A stretch of 64,000 nucleotides of DNA from Vitrella brassicaformis CCMP3155 (lineage: Eukaryota > Protista > Chromerida). How positions within the stretch are numbered: position 1 is the first letter of the stretch; each line of letters starts with the position of its first letter. This document shows positions 51,555 through 63,710 of the stretch, piece after piece. The DNA lies in the NCBI GenBank assembly GCA_001179505.1, contig CDMY01000356.1, positions 248,001 to 312,000 of the forward strand, read 5' to 3'. The notes below the pieces were generated by a model that was not told where the DNA came from, made no database searches, and was given only the letters and a program-made list of their open reading frames with translations. The position numbers and the translations under genes are program-made.

Positions 51555-53215
51555 ATGCGAGAGCTGTTGGTAAGCGAAGGTATACGGGACTGAAAAGAAA
51601 CGAAACGATGTGTTTCTTTCATGTGTGCATGGATCTGGTGTTGCAGTACACGTTGGTGGGCTTCATGGCCATCGCCTCGCTGCCTGCCTACCACAGCTTG
51701 GGTAACATCGGGTGAGCTTCGCAAGATCTGGCTGTTTGGCGTCGGGGGTTACACCAAGTTTGTGTCCATGGCCATGCAGCAAGTACCTTCGTCGGCTGCG
51801 TGCCGAGCAGAGGGAGGAGGTCAAGAGAAAAGGCAGGCCCGAGGAATCACGGCTGACGGCAGTGGTCATGCGACAAGATTTGTGCATCTTCCTCTGACAG
51901 CAAGGGCACATCAGCCAGCCAAGCCGTCCGTGCAGGCAGTGTGTGTCGGGGGGTGAAGTCCTGGGGAGGGGCTCGACTTCGTTAGGTTGATAGCGTGCAG
52001 ACTCATGCTGGGTTTTGTAGTCTGGACATCGATACACATATCGGCCTTAATGATCTGTTTCTCTACTCGTCTGGAGACGGGCAATCCGTTCATCGACACT
52101 CACTCATTCGTCTCTCTCTCTCTCTCTGTGTATGTGTGTGTGTGTGTCGATGTGTGTGTCGAGTAGCACGGTTTGCTGCGGTTTGTGGTTGACGTCGAGG
52201 CGATGGAGTCGAGTGTGCACACGGCCATCCTCAGCAAGACCAGCTTCGCCCTCTTCTCGGGCACCGTCAAGGACAGGGAATACGACATCAAAGACATCAG
52301 ACTGCCGCTCGAGACATTCGGACTCGACAAGTGCTTCGGTCAGCCACACACACACTCGAGAGACGACAAGTGTGCCGATCTGAGTGAGTTGGCCATCCAT
52401 CCATCCATCCATTCATCAGGCATTCGTTTGTTCGAGGGCTTCGCCGATCTCATCTGCGCCCCAAACCGAAGAGTCGCACACACACGAGCCACACACACAA
52501 TGACGCACCTGCCTCTCTCTCTGTGTGTGTCTTCTCTGCTGCAGACGCGCAACGTGTGGATGAATGCGCTGAGCGAGGAGGTGCTGTGTTTCAAGACGGG
52601 CGTGAAAGGCTCGCTGCCGCTGGAGCCGGGCCCCGTCCTCGAGGCCGAGGCGACGGGCGTCGAGCAGCCAAGCGGCGTCAACATCCACGTCGAGGAGAAC
52701 CTCGAGGGCGAACCAAACATCAAACTCGACGGCATCAACATCACACAACTCGCACAGGTAGCACATCGACACACACAGACACAGACACACACACACAGAC
52801 ACACAGACACACAGACACACAGACACACACACACAGACACACACACACACAGACTGACGAAGCAATGTCTCTCTGTGTCTGTGTGTGTGTCGCCCTCAAG
52901 GCGGCGGCCAAGGGCGAGTTGGACGACAGTGAGCCCAAGCAGACGAGACGACAGAAACTCATCGCAACAGAGAAACTCGAAGACCGTACCACACACACAC
53001 ACACACACGAACAAGGTGTCTCGTTGGAAATGGCTGTGTGTGTCGTGCGTGCAGTCGATCTGCGCAAGTTGGGTGCGGAGGGCCTCAAGTCGAAGGAGCG
53101 GATGGCGGCGGCGGCCGTCAGGGAGGCGTTGGCCGAGAGAGGCGCAGTCAAACTCCAACAGGCGCCGCAGTTTGGATACGCACGGCTGACCTCGCCCGCC
53201 AACACCGCTGCTTGA
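51555..53215 (+). CDS. Secreted PH-like protein, paralog B, with 3' exons shared with paralog A and different, uncertain 5' exons
   Basis: 5' exons MRELL|YTLVGFMAIASLPAYHSLGNIG look like a signal peptide. From 52081 the sequence is nearly identical to paralog A (LDGINITQ vs LDGNNITQ; GAVKLQQ vs GATKLQQ). How the 5' exons splice onto the shared part is not clear. Confidence 0.5.
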
Positions 53216-53299
53216 GCAAAGAGCAAAGAGCAGAGAAATGAGGACAAGCAATGCGTCCATCTATGTGTGCGCGGTGTCAAGTGGCTTTGAACGAACCAT
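52081..53299 (+). repeat. Inverted repeat, copy B (~1.2 kb; partner at 41588-42778)
   Basis: Direct visual alignment to the reverse complement of copy A. Confidence 0.95.
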
Positions 53300-53455
53300 A
53301 CTCCTGATTGCGATTGAAAAAGGCCTTGCGCGATGGGCAAAATCGGGCCGCCAGCCAACGCCTCGCGCAACTGAACTGGCCAATGCGAGCTTATCTCGCA
53401 GAAGGAAAAGGGCGTGAAATCTGGCTGCTTTCAATTGTTTGCGTGTGAGATCAAA

Positions 53456-56400
53456 ATGATGAGCGAGAACGCCCAGGTGCGGATGGTGCGTGAGCGCACT
53501 CTGGGCAGATGTGCACCGATGCGCTTCTGGAGGGGCATCTACGCATCCAAGACGACGATAGGAAGGTACTCACGCACCAATCGGCAGGCGGGAGGCCGCG
53601 CGTCTCACTGTGTTGTCTGGCGTGTCATGTAGGATGAAGAGAGGCCCGTCCCTTCAGAGTCACCATGGTCAGTCGGGTTCCTCCACTGATCGCCCTTGAT
53701 GGCTGCTGTGTGATCCTGAGTGTTATGTCTGTGTGTGTGTGTGTGAACAGGCTGTGTCAACTCGATAAACTGGAATGAGACGGGGTCCATGCTCGTCAGC
53801 GGCAGTGACGACACGGTGAGGAAGGACCACAGACATGAACAGGGACGGAGAGGAGCGCCATCGCAACCAATGACTGTCTGCCGTGCCGTGGTGGTCGTGT
53901 GCATGCATTCATTCATTCAGGCTCTGTGCGTGTGGGACTACCCGTCTTTCAAGCTGAGGACGCGGATCGAAACGGGACACCTCGGTGAGCTCAAGGGAAA
54001 CTGATGCACTGATCGACCTGCTATGGATGCCGCCACACACTCACTCGCTTGCTTGCTTGCTTGCTTGTTTTCTCGGTACTATCCCTTGCAGCCAACATCT
54101 TCTGTGGCCGCTTCATGCCGACTGACAACGAGGTCAGCCACTCAGTCAGTCAGTCAGTCATAGCTAGGTCAAAGTGCCTGCTATGCTTTGCTTTCCCCAA
54201 CCTATCAGACGATCATCAGCTGCAGTGCCGACAGTCAGGTCCGCGTGTGCAACCTCTCCACCGGACGGCTCATACGCGTTTATACGGACCATACGGTGGG
54301 TGAGAGAGTGCGGGAGTGAACACACAACCGATGGGCAACGGGGATCTGTCTGGTGTCTGTCTGTGGTCTGATACTCAGGATCGCGTCAAGAAACTGGCAA
54401 CGGAAACAGGCAATCGTAATGTGTTTCTGAGCTGTGCGGAGGACGGCACTGTGCGGCAATTCGACCTGCGCGTCGACGACTCGAGATGTACGTACCACGC
54501 AAACACAAAACACCCACGCGCTGAGTAGCAATCCATCTGTGTGGGTGGTCAGGTGCCCGTGACGAGCCTGAGGTGCGCCCCCGTTTCGGTCGTCTGGGCA
54601 GGATGGCACGCAGAGCAGCCGACCGGTCGCCCGCCAATGTGCTCGCAATGCTCGATGGAGGTACGCACCCCACGACAAACACACAGGCAGGCAGGCAGGC
54701 AGCTGCATGGTGCTCTCTTATTGCTGTGGCTAGGTGGTGATGAGGTTGGGCTCAGCTCGATCTCGCTGGCGGCACTCAGACCTGAGTGAGCCACACGGCA
54801 TACACACAGGTGTCATCAGCAGCAAGATACACCCGTCCTTCCTTGTTCGTTATCGCAGATATTTCGTGATAGGAGGCGACAAAGCATCCATCTGGCTGTT
54901 CGACAGGTGCCGGCACCACAATCCATTATTGTGGCCACGGATGCCGTATTCTGGATGTATTGCCACCCGTCCACAGGCGCATGTTGAGCCCCCGTCCTTT
55001 GGAGTCTTTCACCAGCACGCCATCCGTCCCGGCAGCAGGTCAGACACCTACACACTTGACCCTGCCCTCACACACCCGTGTAGCTATCTGTGTTTGTCCA
55101 CGTGTTCATGCAGAGTACCAGCCGCCTGAGCGTCGCGTCCAGCGCCTCACCGGTGTCAACATCTCATACGACGGCAAACGCGTCATCGGTAGGCATGCAC
55201 ACGTGCACGAGACAGGGCATCACAGGTGCAGGCAGACAGACAAACAGTCACGTGGAGCTGTGTGTCTGTTTCGCTGGTTGCCTGGCTACAGGTTCCTGGA
55301 GCGAGGAGCACATCTACATGTTCAACGTTGACAAGGTGACCCATCTGCCAGGCACAGACAAGAGGACGGTTCATCACGTCTGTCTTGTGCCTGTCGCCAG
55401 GGCGTGGAGAGCTACACCCGCTTCCTGGCAGACAAGCGGGCGTCGAAGCGAGACCGGGACATGTCAGCCGCTGCCGAGCCCAGCAGAGCCGCTGCAGCGG
55501 CAGCGGCATCGTCAAGCGCCGATGACGGACCCAAGGACACCACCAACTCATCCCCAGACACCACCCCCTCTGCACTACCCTGTCCTACCGGCGACGCGGG
55601 CCCACAGCCCATGGACCTCGACGCACGCGGGAAGCGACCCAGAAAGGACGAGGACCGAGAGGACGAGAGCAAGGATAGCGGCGAGTCGAGTCCTCCCCTG
55701 TGCGTGCCGTCGCGGCGACTGAACCTCCCGGCGCCCCGTTTTGGCGACGGTGAGCTCGACGACCAGGACCTGAAGCCGGCCGCAGACGTGCTCGACCATC
55801 GGCCGCTCGACAAGTCGCCAGCCACGGCCGACTTACCGGCCCCCGGCAGCGGGCAGGACCGAGACAAGAAGGAAGACAGGAATAAAGAAGACGACAAGCA
55901 GCAGCAGGGCGGCGGTGATGAGTTGGAGGTTCTGGCTGGCGTGGAGGTGGACATGTTCGGGCCACCGACTCCCGGTGAAGAGCAGCGACAGCAGCAGCAG
56001 CAGCAGGATGGAGAAGGCGAGGAGCATGAGAAGGAGGACCATGATCATGATGACGACGACGACAGCGAGAGCCTCGAGAAGGCCGTGAGTTCGTCGAGCA
56101 GTGGTGGTGGTGGCGGGGGCGGCTCTGGCTCCCGGGCCGCGGCGGGGGGGTCAGGAGGGTCCGGGTCAGGCGGTGCTGCAGCCCCACATGCAATGGATGA
56201 TGACGACGACAGCGACGACGAGCCGCCCTTTATCCAGCTGCTGAGGTCCATCGCCAGGAACCGGCAGCCGCGGTCGCCTGCACGGCCTCTACCCAGGCAG
56301 CCGTGGATGATCGACCAAATGCAGGTGGGGAGACGACCACAAGAGAGCGGCACACTGCTCACTTCATCCATGTGTGTGTGTGTGTGGTTGTCATTCAGAC

Positions 56401-57639
56401 GTACACTGGTCACTGCAATGTCCGGACGGTCAAGGACGTGCAATTTGTGGTGAGTGAGTGAGTAGGCTAGGCGGGCTGTGGGGCTGTCTGTCTGTCACCG
56501 TCAGTCAGTGTGATGCACTCCCTCCCTCACTGGTGCTGGCTGGCTGTCCTGTGCTGTGCCATCCATAAACAAAGGGTCCGTATTGCGAGTACGCGGCTTC
56601 TGGCTCTGACGACGGCCGCATATTCATATGGGACGCATTCACCGGCTCACTGGTGTGGATCGGTAAGTAGGTATCACATACAGGCACTGCGCGGAAAATA
56701 TACATAAAGTGTGTCGTCTCTGTTAAACTGTGTCTGCAGGTCACGATGCCGACTGCAGTGTGGTCAACTGCATCGCGGGCCACCCCCGAGACCCAGTGCT
56801 GACCTCATCAGGAATCGACAACGACGTCAAGGTAAGGTCAGCAGAGGCAGGCCACCATGGCCCGCCCACGTGCCACACGCCATTCTCTCTTTTGTGTCGT
56901 CCCCCTGCCTGTCTGTCTGTCTGTCTGCCTGTCTCCTTGTGTGTGCAGGTTTGGTACCCCACTGCGCCAAGGAGCATGGACGTGACGACGCCAGCTGTGG
57001 CGAGAATACTCGCCGACAACGAGCGCAACCGCACCTCACTCAGGACGGGGGCCTTCCTCACACGCGCAGAGTTCCAACAGGTCACAAGAGAGACCAATGT
57101 CGACACACCTCTCGCAGGCAGCATGTTTGTATGCCTTCCGTGTGTCTGTGTGTGTGAGTGCAGTTGCGTCAGATGATCGCCTCGGGGCAGCGACACACAG
57201 ATGACGACGGGGTCAAAGACACTGACTGATCACCACACCGGGCGGCCGTCGCACATGGACAGTTGTCTGGTCTGTGTGTGTCAGGAGGATGGTGAGGGTG
57301 AGGGTGAGAGTGCCCAGCAACAGGCAGCAGCCGCCGAGACACAACATGAGGAAGAGGTCAGTCACACATGGGCCGACAGCCAATGCATCCTTCTACTCAC
57401 GCTTCCTTCGTTCGTTGGTTGGTTTAGTCCGGGAGTCAGGGCGGCGGTGGCGGTGGCCAGGGTGGTGATCAGCCCACCCGTCGCGGCCGACTGTTCGGCC
57501 GCCGAGGCAGAGGCAGGGGCAGGTAGGTACCCATACACGCACGCCATCGCAACCGGACACTCAGAGGTGAAGAGAAGATGCCTGTCTTGTGTTGCCTGCC
57601 GTCAGGGTGAGCTACACCGTTGGGTGCGAGAACCAGTAG
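53456..57639 (+). CDS. WD40-repeat DDB1/CUL4-associated factor, DCAF8/DCAF6/WDTC1-like, with a long acidic insert
   Basis: Spliced motifs: [122 protein letters not shown]. The last exon may end in CENQ* (CaaX-like). Confidence 0.85.
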
Positions 57640-58319
57640 ACAGACAGACAGACAGACAGCTCAGCCCCGCCCTCCCTGCTGGTGCCGATGCTGCATTTCT
57701 TCAAGCCGTGTGGTGGCGTGTGTGTATTGTGTCGTGTGTGAGTGAGTGAGCACATTGTTGGTCTGTGTGTGTGAGTGGCAGTGTGCTGGCTGTACGATAA
57801 ACAGATAGACCGGCGTGGGAATGGGATTGTGTGCATTCGTTCATTCCATGTGCTGTCATGTCGTTGTGGCTGAGGACGAAAACCATAGTGTTTGGCCAAT
57901 GGGTTTGTCGTGTGCGTGTGTGCCGTGGGGCTGTCTGTGTACCACCGCGGTTGTCATCCTGTGTGTGGTGTGGGCGGGCGCCACAAGTTTTTCCCTGTCT
58001 GTCTGTCTGTCTGTCTTGTGTGGGGGTATGTGACACTGGACGGTCCCCTTATCATCATGATGCACTCCTTCGTCAACAGAACAACGGTAAATATTGCCTT
58101 GTACAGTACACACACGAATCGACCAACATCGAGCCAATACACCCGAGAACAAAATGAACAGCCCAAACTCACAGCTGTGTGTTTCTCGTAGTTACAGCTC
58201 ATCTCTCTGCCCCTTGTCAGCAATCCTCCCCCACTCATTGGGGTGATCGATGGACGTCCCAAACACAAATGCCAGCCAACCACCTGCATCGCACCCCGAC
58301 ATGCAGAATCGCTTCTGTC

Positions 58320-59429
58320 TCACATGTCTCCGTGCCTCTGTTCACCTAGATTTGCCGACGGCCAGTCGGGCCAGAACGTCGTTTCTATTATGCGTCCTTT
58401 CCTCACCCCTGCTCTTTGCATCCTCGCATAGCGCAGGAGGAAGACGCCCTTGCTCATTGCCGACGTGTGCGTGCCGATGAAGTAGTCGCAGCCAGCTAAG
58501 AGCCTCGAGTCCACAATGATGCCAAGGGTCGCATGTGTCCGATTGTAGCTCCCCTCCGCCACGTTCCAGTAGTCACGGACAATGTGAAACGGCGCATTAT
58601 CCCGCGACTGCGGCCTCTGACGGCCAGGCAGCTCACTCGGCAGAAACACATACTCCATTGTCCTCTTCTGTTGTCGCTGCTGTGTCTGGAGGTGAGTGGT
58701 TATGTCCTTTGAGTCTGTAGAGACATAGACATGTCGGACACCCTCCTTCCTGAGGACATGGTCGATATACGGCTTGTACACCTGCTCGAACACGCGCCGG
58801 TCGCTCTCGCCCAGCGAGGCGTACTTGTCTCCCCGACGGACGTGCACACCGAGACACTCAGCGGACTTGTTCAGCCCCAGTGTTTCCCGCAGCTGTGTCG
58901 CCAGTGTGTCGATGAAGGGCAGCGGGTGGAACACATGCGAGACAAGAAAGGCTTGCTGCGATGTGGGGGTGTCCTGGGGGAAAGCCAGAGCAAGGGATGG
59001 CCCAAAGAAGTCGTTTACCCCGGTGTCGTAGCCGGAGATGGTGCTGCGGGGATATCGAAGCGCTTGGCTTGGGCATGCTGACCATCGGTGTCTCCCAGAG
59101 CGTCTCCTCTCCTTCTGATCAGCCGTCCTCTTGATTCTGTCCCATTGTTCTTGGGAGCCCTCGACGATGCTGCACGAGCTGTTGACAAGAGGGTTGCATA
59201 GCGGCTTGAAGAGGCAGGCAAAGCCGCCTTGAGAACAGTCACGCAAGTCCACCGCATTCCAATGCCTCTCGGCCATCATCAAAATGTCCATGCCATGGCT
59301 AACAGCCACGTTGAGGGCGCCAGCAAGCCGGAGAAGAGCCGCCCAGAAGCCGTGTGCTTTGCAGGCGGCGAGGGAGGCGTCCTCTGCTCCCATGATGACA
59401 TCGACACGCTCTTGCACTGTGGAATTCAT
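58320..59429 (-). CDS. GT23-like (FUT8/NodZ-type) alpha-1,6-fucosyltransferase catalytic domain, intronless
   Basis: An uninterrupted 369-aa ORF with LGVHVRRGDK (GDP-fucose motif I), VYVSTDS (motif II) and DSRLLAGCDYFIGTHTS (motif III). Confidence 0.8.
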   Translation of the reverse strand: MNSTVQERVDVIMGAEDASLAACKAHGFWAALLRLAGALNVAVSHGMDILMMAERHWNAVDLRDCSQGGFACLFKPLCNPLVNSSCSIVEGSQEQWDRIKRTADQKERRRSGRHRWSACPSQALRYPRSTISGYDTGVNDFFGPSLALAFPQDTPTSQQAFLVSHVFHPLPFIDTLATQLRETLGLNKSAECLGVHVRRGDKYASLGESDRRVFEQVYKPYIDHVLRKEGVRHVYVSTDSKDITTHLQTQQRQQKRTMEYVFLPSELPGRQRPQSRDNAPFHIVRDYWNVAEGSYNRTHATLGIIVDSRLLAGCDYFIGTHTSAMSKGVFLLRYARMQRAGVRKGRIIETTFWPDWPSANLGEQRHGDM

Positions 59430-59529
59430 GGCCTTTTCTCGTTTCGAGGGAGCTTAAAGAGAGCGGTTTCACGGAATCATGACGTGAGTGTGTTGTTGAT
59501 GGTAGGCTGAGGGAAACATCGGCTGGCCC

Positions 59530-62500
59530 ATGAGTGCGATGGAGCGCCAACAAGGTCAGATCATGCATGGAGGAGAAGACATTGACGACGGAGGCGCCAC
59601 TGGCAGGAAGAAGGCAGGCAAAGACAGCGTGGCGGACACCGACGAGGTATTATGCCTGGATAGATGAGATGTGCCCATCTCGCTGAATGCCTCTGCGGGG
59701 TTGCGTTGACCGTGTCTGTCCGTGTGCAGGTGGCTGATCTCTTCGATATTCAAGCTGCCAGGTCCACCGTCAGCCAACTCAAGGTACGTACCGTGAGCTA
59801 GACAACCAGACACCACCGCCCTTCGACATGCACTCGCACTCTCTCTCTCTTGTGTATATGGGTGTGTGTCCATTCATCCCAGGCCCTCTGCGACCGCCTC
59901 TCCACCAACGCAGCACCGCCCACAGAGGCCGCCGAGAACCTGACACGACTCTCCTCGCGGCTGCTCGGCCACCACCATGCCCTCATCCGGGAGATCAGGG
60001 ACGTCTGGTCATCGGGTCGGGCAGACAGAGAGGCCGTCTGCCGTGAGCGGCTGGATGAGTGGGGCGGGGTGATACTGGATGGCATGCGGTGGTGGCGCGG
60101 CGCCGCGTGGAGAGTGCCGGACAAGGCGGGGACCGAGGAGGACAGCGAAGCCATGGATACGGGTACATCCATCGATTCGTTCATTCAGCGATGCATTCAT
60201 ACGTGTATGCAGCGCTGACCTTTGTGTGTGTGTGTGTGCCGTCAGCCTTGCTGGAGGTCTGCGAGTGGCTGGATGTCGCCACAAGTGACGCGTCGGAGCG
60301 GCAGCAGCAGCGGCAGCAGCAGCGGCAGCAGCAGCGGCAGCAGCAGCGGCTGCCGCAATCTGTGACGTCCACCCCCACACGCTCGTCAGACGGCATCAGG
60401 ACAGGCTTCCTCACACCTACCAAAGAAGCCGCCCACCCACCAGAGGAGGAAAACGGCCCACACCCACACGCACAGCCACACGCCCCTCCCCCCTCCCCCT
60501 CCCCCTCCCTGGCCCTTCTGCGTCACGCCAGCACCACCCTCCCCCTCCCCCCGTCGCCCTCGTTATTTCTCGTCCATCGGTACCTGGCCATCCTGTCGAC
60601 CAACCACGGCCTTAAGTGGCGGCTTGATAACCTGCTGGCCCTTCTCACCGACCATGAGAAGACCACCGACCTCCAGACGAGGGTGGCGCTTTTGGTGGCC
60701 CGTCGCTTGAGTGAGGTTGGCTGTGTGCTGCGGGGCGAGGGCGAGGTGGCTGCGCCTGAAGGGTTCGCCGGTGAGACTGAGAGTCAAACAGTGCGATGGA
60801 AGTGGGAGTCGCGTGAGGCGGTTGCAGAGGGGAAGGAATGCCTGCAGAAGCTCCTGGTGACTGACGGACGGAGGCAGGGAGTGGCGGAGCCAACAGGATG
60901 TATTCCATGAATGCATCTCTGTGGGGTGTGTGTGTGTGTGTGTGGTTTCAGTTACTGATAGGTGCGTTTGTGTCGCCCCCTCCGCCATCCGAGAGCGGTG
61001 ACGACGCCCACGAGACATCAGCAGGAGGCTCCAGCCACCACCGCTCGCCACTCTGTCCCTACCTCTGGGACGACTCAGCCAGGAAGACGGCCAATGGTAA
61101 AAAAGAACGGATTGATCCGAAAGAGGAGAAGGTACACATTACATATACTGGTGCATCTCTGCAGGCCTGCTTGACACCCTTCTCTCCCACTTCACATCAG
61201 ACCATCCATCGGCCGACCCATGTGCCACACCCGCCCCCTTGTCCACCCTGCTCTCCCTTTCACTCCCCTCCCTCCCATCCCTCCTGTCGCCCTTCCTCAC
61301 GAGAGGCGGCGTCCCACACCGCGGCTTCCGGCGCACCGACGACCACAGGGGCTGGCAAGACGTCAAGACATTCGTCAAGGGCGACGAGAAGTGCGGGGGG
61401 GAGGGGGAAGGGGAGGAGGCCGACAGGGGTGTGTTCATAGAGGGCGAGAGGGACCCGCTGTCTGGGGTGCGGCGGGTCGGCGGGTCGGTTGATGAGGAGA
61501 TAGAGATGTCTTACAGGGGGCTGTTCTATGGCGGCGAGAGGGGTGCGCGGCACGCCATGGTGGTGGCGAGGGCGGCGCACTTCGGCCTCGTCAGTGAGGC
61601 TGTCAAGGTGAGGTGGGGAGGAAAGGGGAGTTCGTGGATGCCTTCACTCTTGACCCCTGTGTGTGTGTGTGTTGTCTGCAGTATGAGCAAGTGAGGGGCC
61701 ATGTTGCTGAGTGGCTGGCTGTGCTGCTGAGGACAATGGAGCTTTTCAGACGTAACCTATATATGGCAGAAATGCAGCCGCTGATATACAGACAGGTAAA
61801 GAAGACCGGTTGGTTCACTCACTGTTGTGTGTGTGCAGCCGACCTGCGGTACTTCGTGCTGCGGAGCCTTGGCGGCCTCGTCTCCCTCTCGTTCCCATCA
61901 GTTGAGCGACGCAGAGAGCCCATCCAATCGTCGATGCCTTCAGTCCTCCATCCTCTGTTGTCTTGTGCAGAGCTGAGGCCGTTCACTGTGCCCATACAAG
62001 CGGTCAGACAGCCAGGCAGCCAGGCAGCCCAGCACACACAGGGCACCCAGACGATCCCAATCTCCCCTTGTACCGCGTTGCAGGCGCTGAAGAACGCGGT
62101 GCCGTTTGACTCCCATGACGACGTGTATCTGGAGGCCTACGTTGACACCTACACACGAGTTCTGGTCAAGTGCTACCCACAGGCCATGTCGCTCGACATG
62201 CAGGCACAGTGAGTGAGAGACGACGGACAGGACACACAGAGAGGGAGGGAGGGAGAAAAGGAGCGAACAGAACACCACGCACGGGGCGGTTTGTGTGTAT
62301 ATACCAACCAGGGTGGCTCAGCTGCTGGAGGCCGCCCATCGTCGCATGCTGGCCTCATACCCCCGGCTGGCAGTGTTCCTCGACGCGTCGCTGCCGCTCA
62401 TCGGCAAACTGGGCAAGGCGCTCGCATTCAGTCTCAAGGTAGGTCAAGAAGACTGGTATATATATCGGTTTGTGACTGCGACGTCTGTCTGTCTGTCTGT

Positions 62501-63514
62501 CTGTCCGTGTGTCGGCGTGTTTCCTCTAGGAGTGGGTGACGCTTGTGTGTCACGGCCTAGAGTCCACACACCCGGCCTGCTGCAGAGCTGGTGAGTGAGT
62601 GAGTGAGCATCAGAAGAGGGAGAGAGGGAGAGAGGGAGAGAGAGACGGACTAGACGGATCACATGCACTGCACGTATCGCCCGTGTCTGTCTGTCTGTCT
62701 GTCAGCGCTTCGGTGTCTGCTGGCCATGATGAACACTGCCCCCAACAGGGTCGCCTACTGGTCAGCCGACATCTTCATGCGCCTGGTGGTCGCACACATG
62801 ACCTTCATCGCTTCACGACACAACCACCACCCCACACACACACCACCACAGCCACAGCAGCAGCAGCGTCCATCGCCTCTGAACCCACCGCTGCTGGACA
62901 GCGAGCGAAGGCAACTTGACGATATGAGGTCAGCCTGGCCACATAAACGATACACTGCTTGGTGATTTTTTTGTGTGGATGGATGCAGGTCTGAGCTGGA
63001 GTGGTACCTGTGCGAGTGTTGGCGTCGGATGGCCCACATCTGCGGGCCGCACTACCAGGCGCTCACCAAGGACCTGAACGCGGGCGTGAGGAGGCTGCGG
63101 AGGGACGCACGGGCGATCGAGGAGAGCGGGCTGGATGAAGTCATCACACAGCTGGTGAGGGTGCGGGTGGGTGGGTGGGTGGGGAGGCAGCAGACTGATG
63201 CCACGGCTTGTGTGGTGTTTGTGTGTGCAGGAGGGCCTCGGGAGGCGGGTGGTGGCACTGCAACACGACCTGGACTGAACGCGTTAAGGAGGGGCTGCCT
63301 ATGTCTGTCTCTCTGTCTGTCTGTCTGTCTGTCTGTCTCCCCCAAACAAACATCGACTCCTGTCAGTCAGACAAGAGACGGCTGTGTATATGTATGCTGT
63401 GCTGCACATCACATGTATGTATGTGATTTGGTGTGTGTGACCGACCAAGATAGCGGTGTATGTGTTGGTGTCTGGCTGTCCCGCCGAGAAATGCGAGACA
63501 TGGTTCCGACATGA
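59530..63514 (+). CDS. Multi-exon alpha-helical (HEAT-like) protein, possibly TTI2 (TELO2-interacting protein 2)-like
   Basis: Exons MSAMERQQ...DTDE|VADLFDIQAARSTVSQLK|ALCDRL... are in phase. The C-terminal LPLIGKLGKALAFSLK...LLAMMNTAPNRVAYW...YLCECWRRMAHICG resembles my recollection of the Tti2 C-terminal pattern. Family assignment is weak. Confidence 0.4.
60301..60349 (+). repeat. 12-bp coding tandem repeat (GCAGCAGCAGCG)x4 encoding poly-(QQQR)
   Basis: Directly visible inside an exon of the TTI2-like gene. Confidence 0.85.
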
Positions 63515-63710
63515 GTGGCCGCTTATGCTGGGACTATGATTTGCCCTTCTTGGCGAGGCAGCCAGGCAGAGACACATGAGACAGCTACCCGAAGCCGTGA
63601 TGTATGTGGCTCGATGTAGGATTGATCTGCTCGTCCATCACATCGGCAATACCTCCATCCATCCGTCTATGTAGACACACGTACGTACCGTCCACCCATG
63701 GTCGACAGCG

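Noticed and set aside
41588-53299. Composite transposon or DNA transposon with long terminal inverted repeats
   Set aside because: No transposase, recombinase or reverse transcriptase is present in the window, I saw no target-site duplication, and the repeats are intron-containing gene segments.
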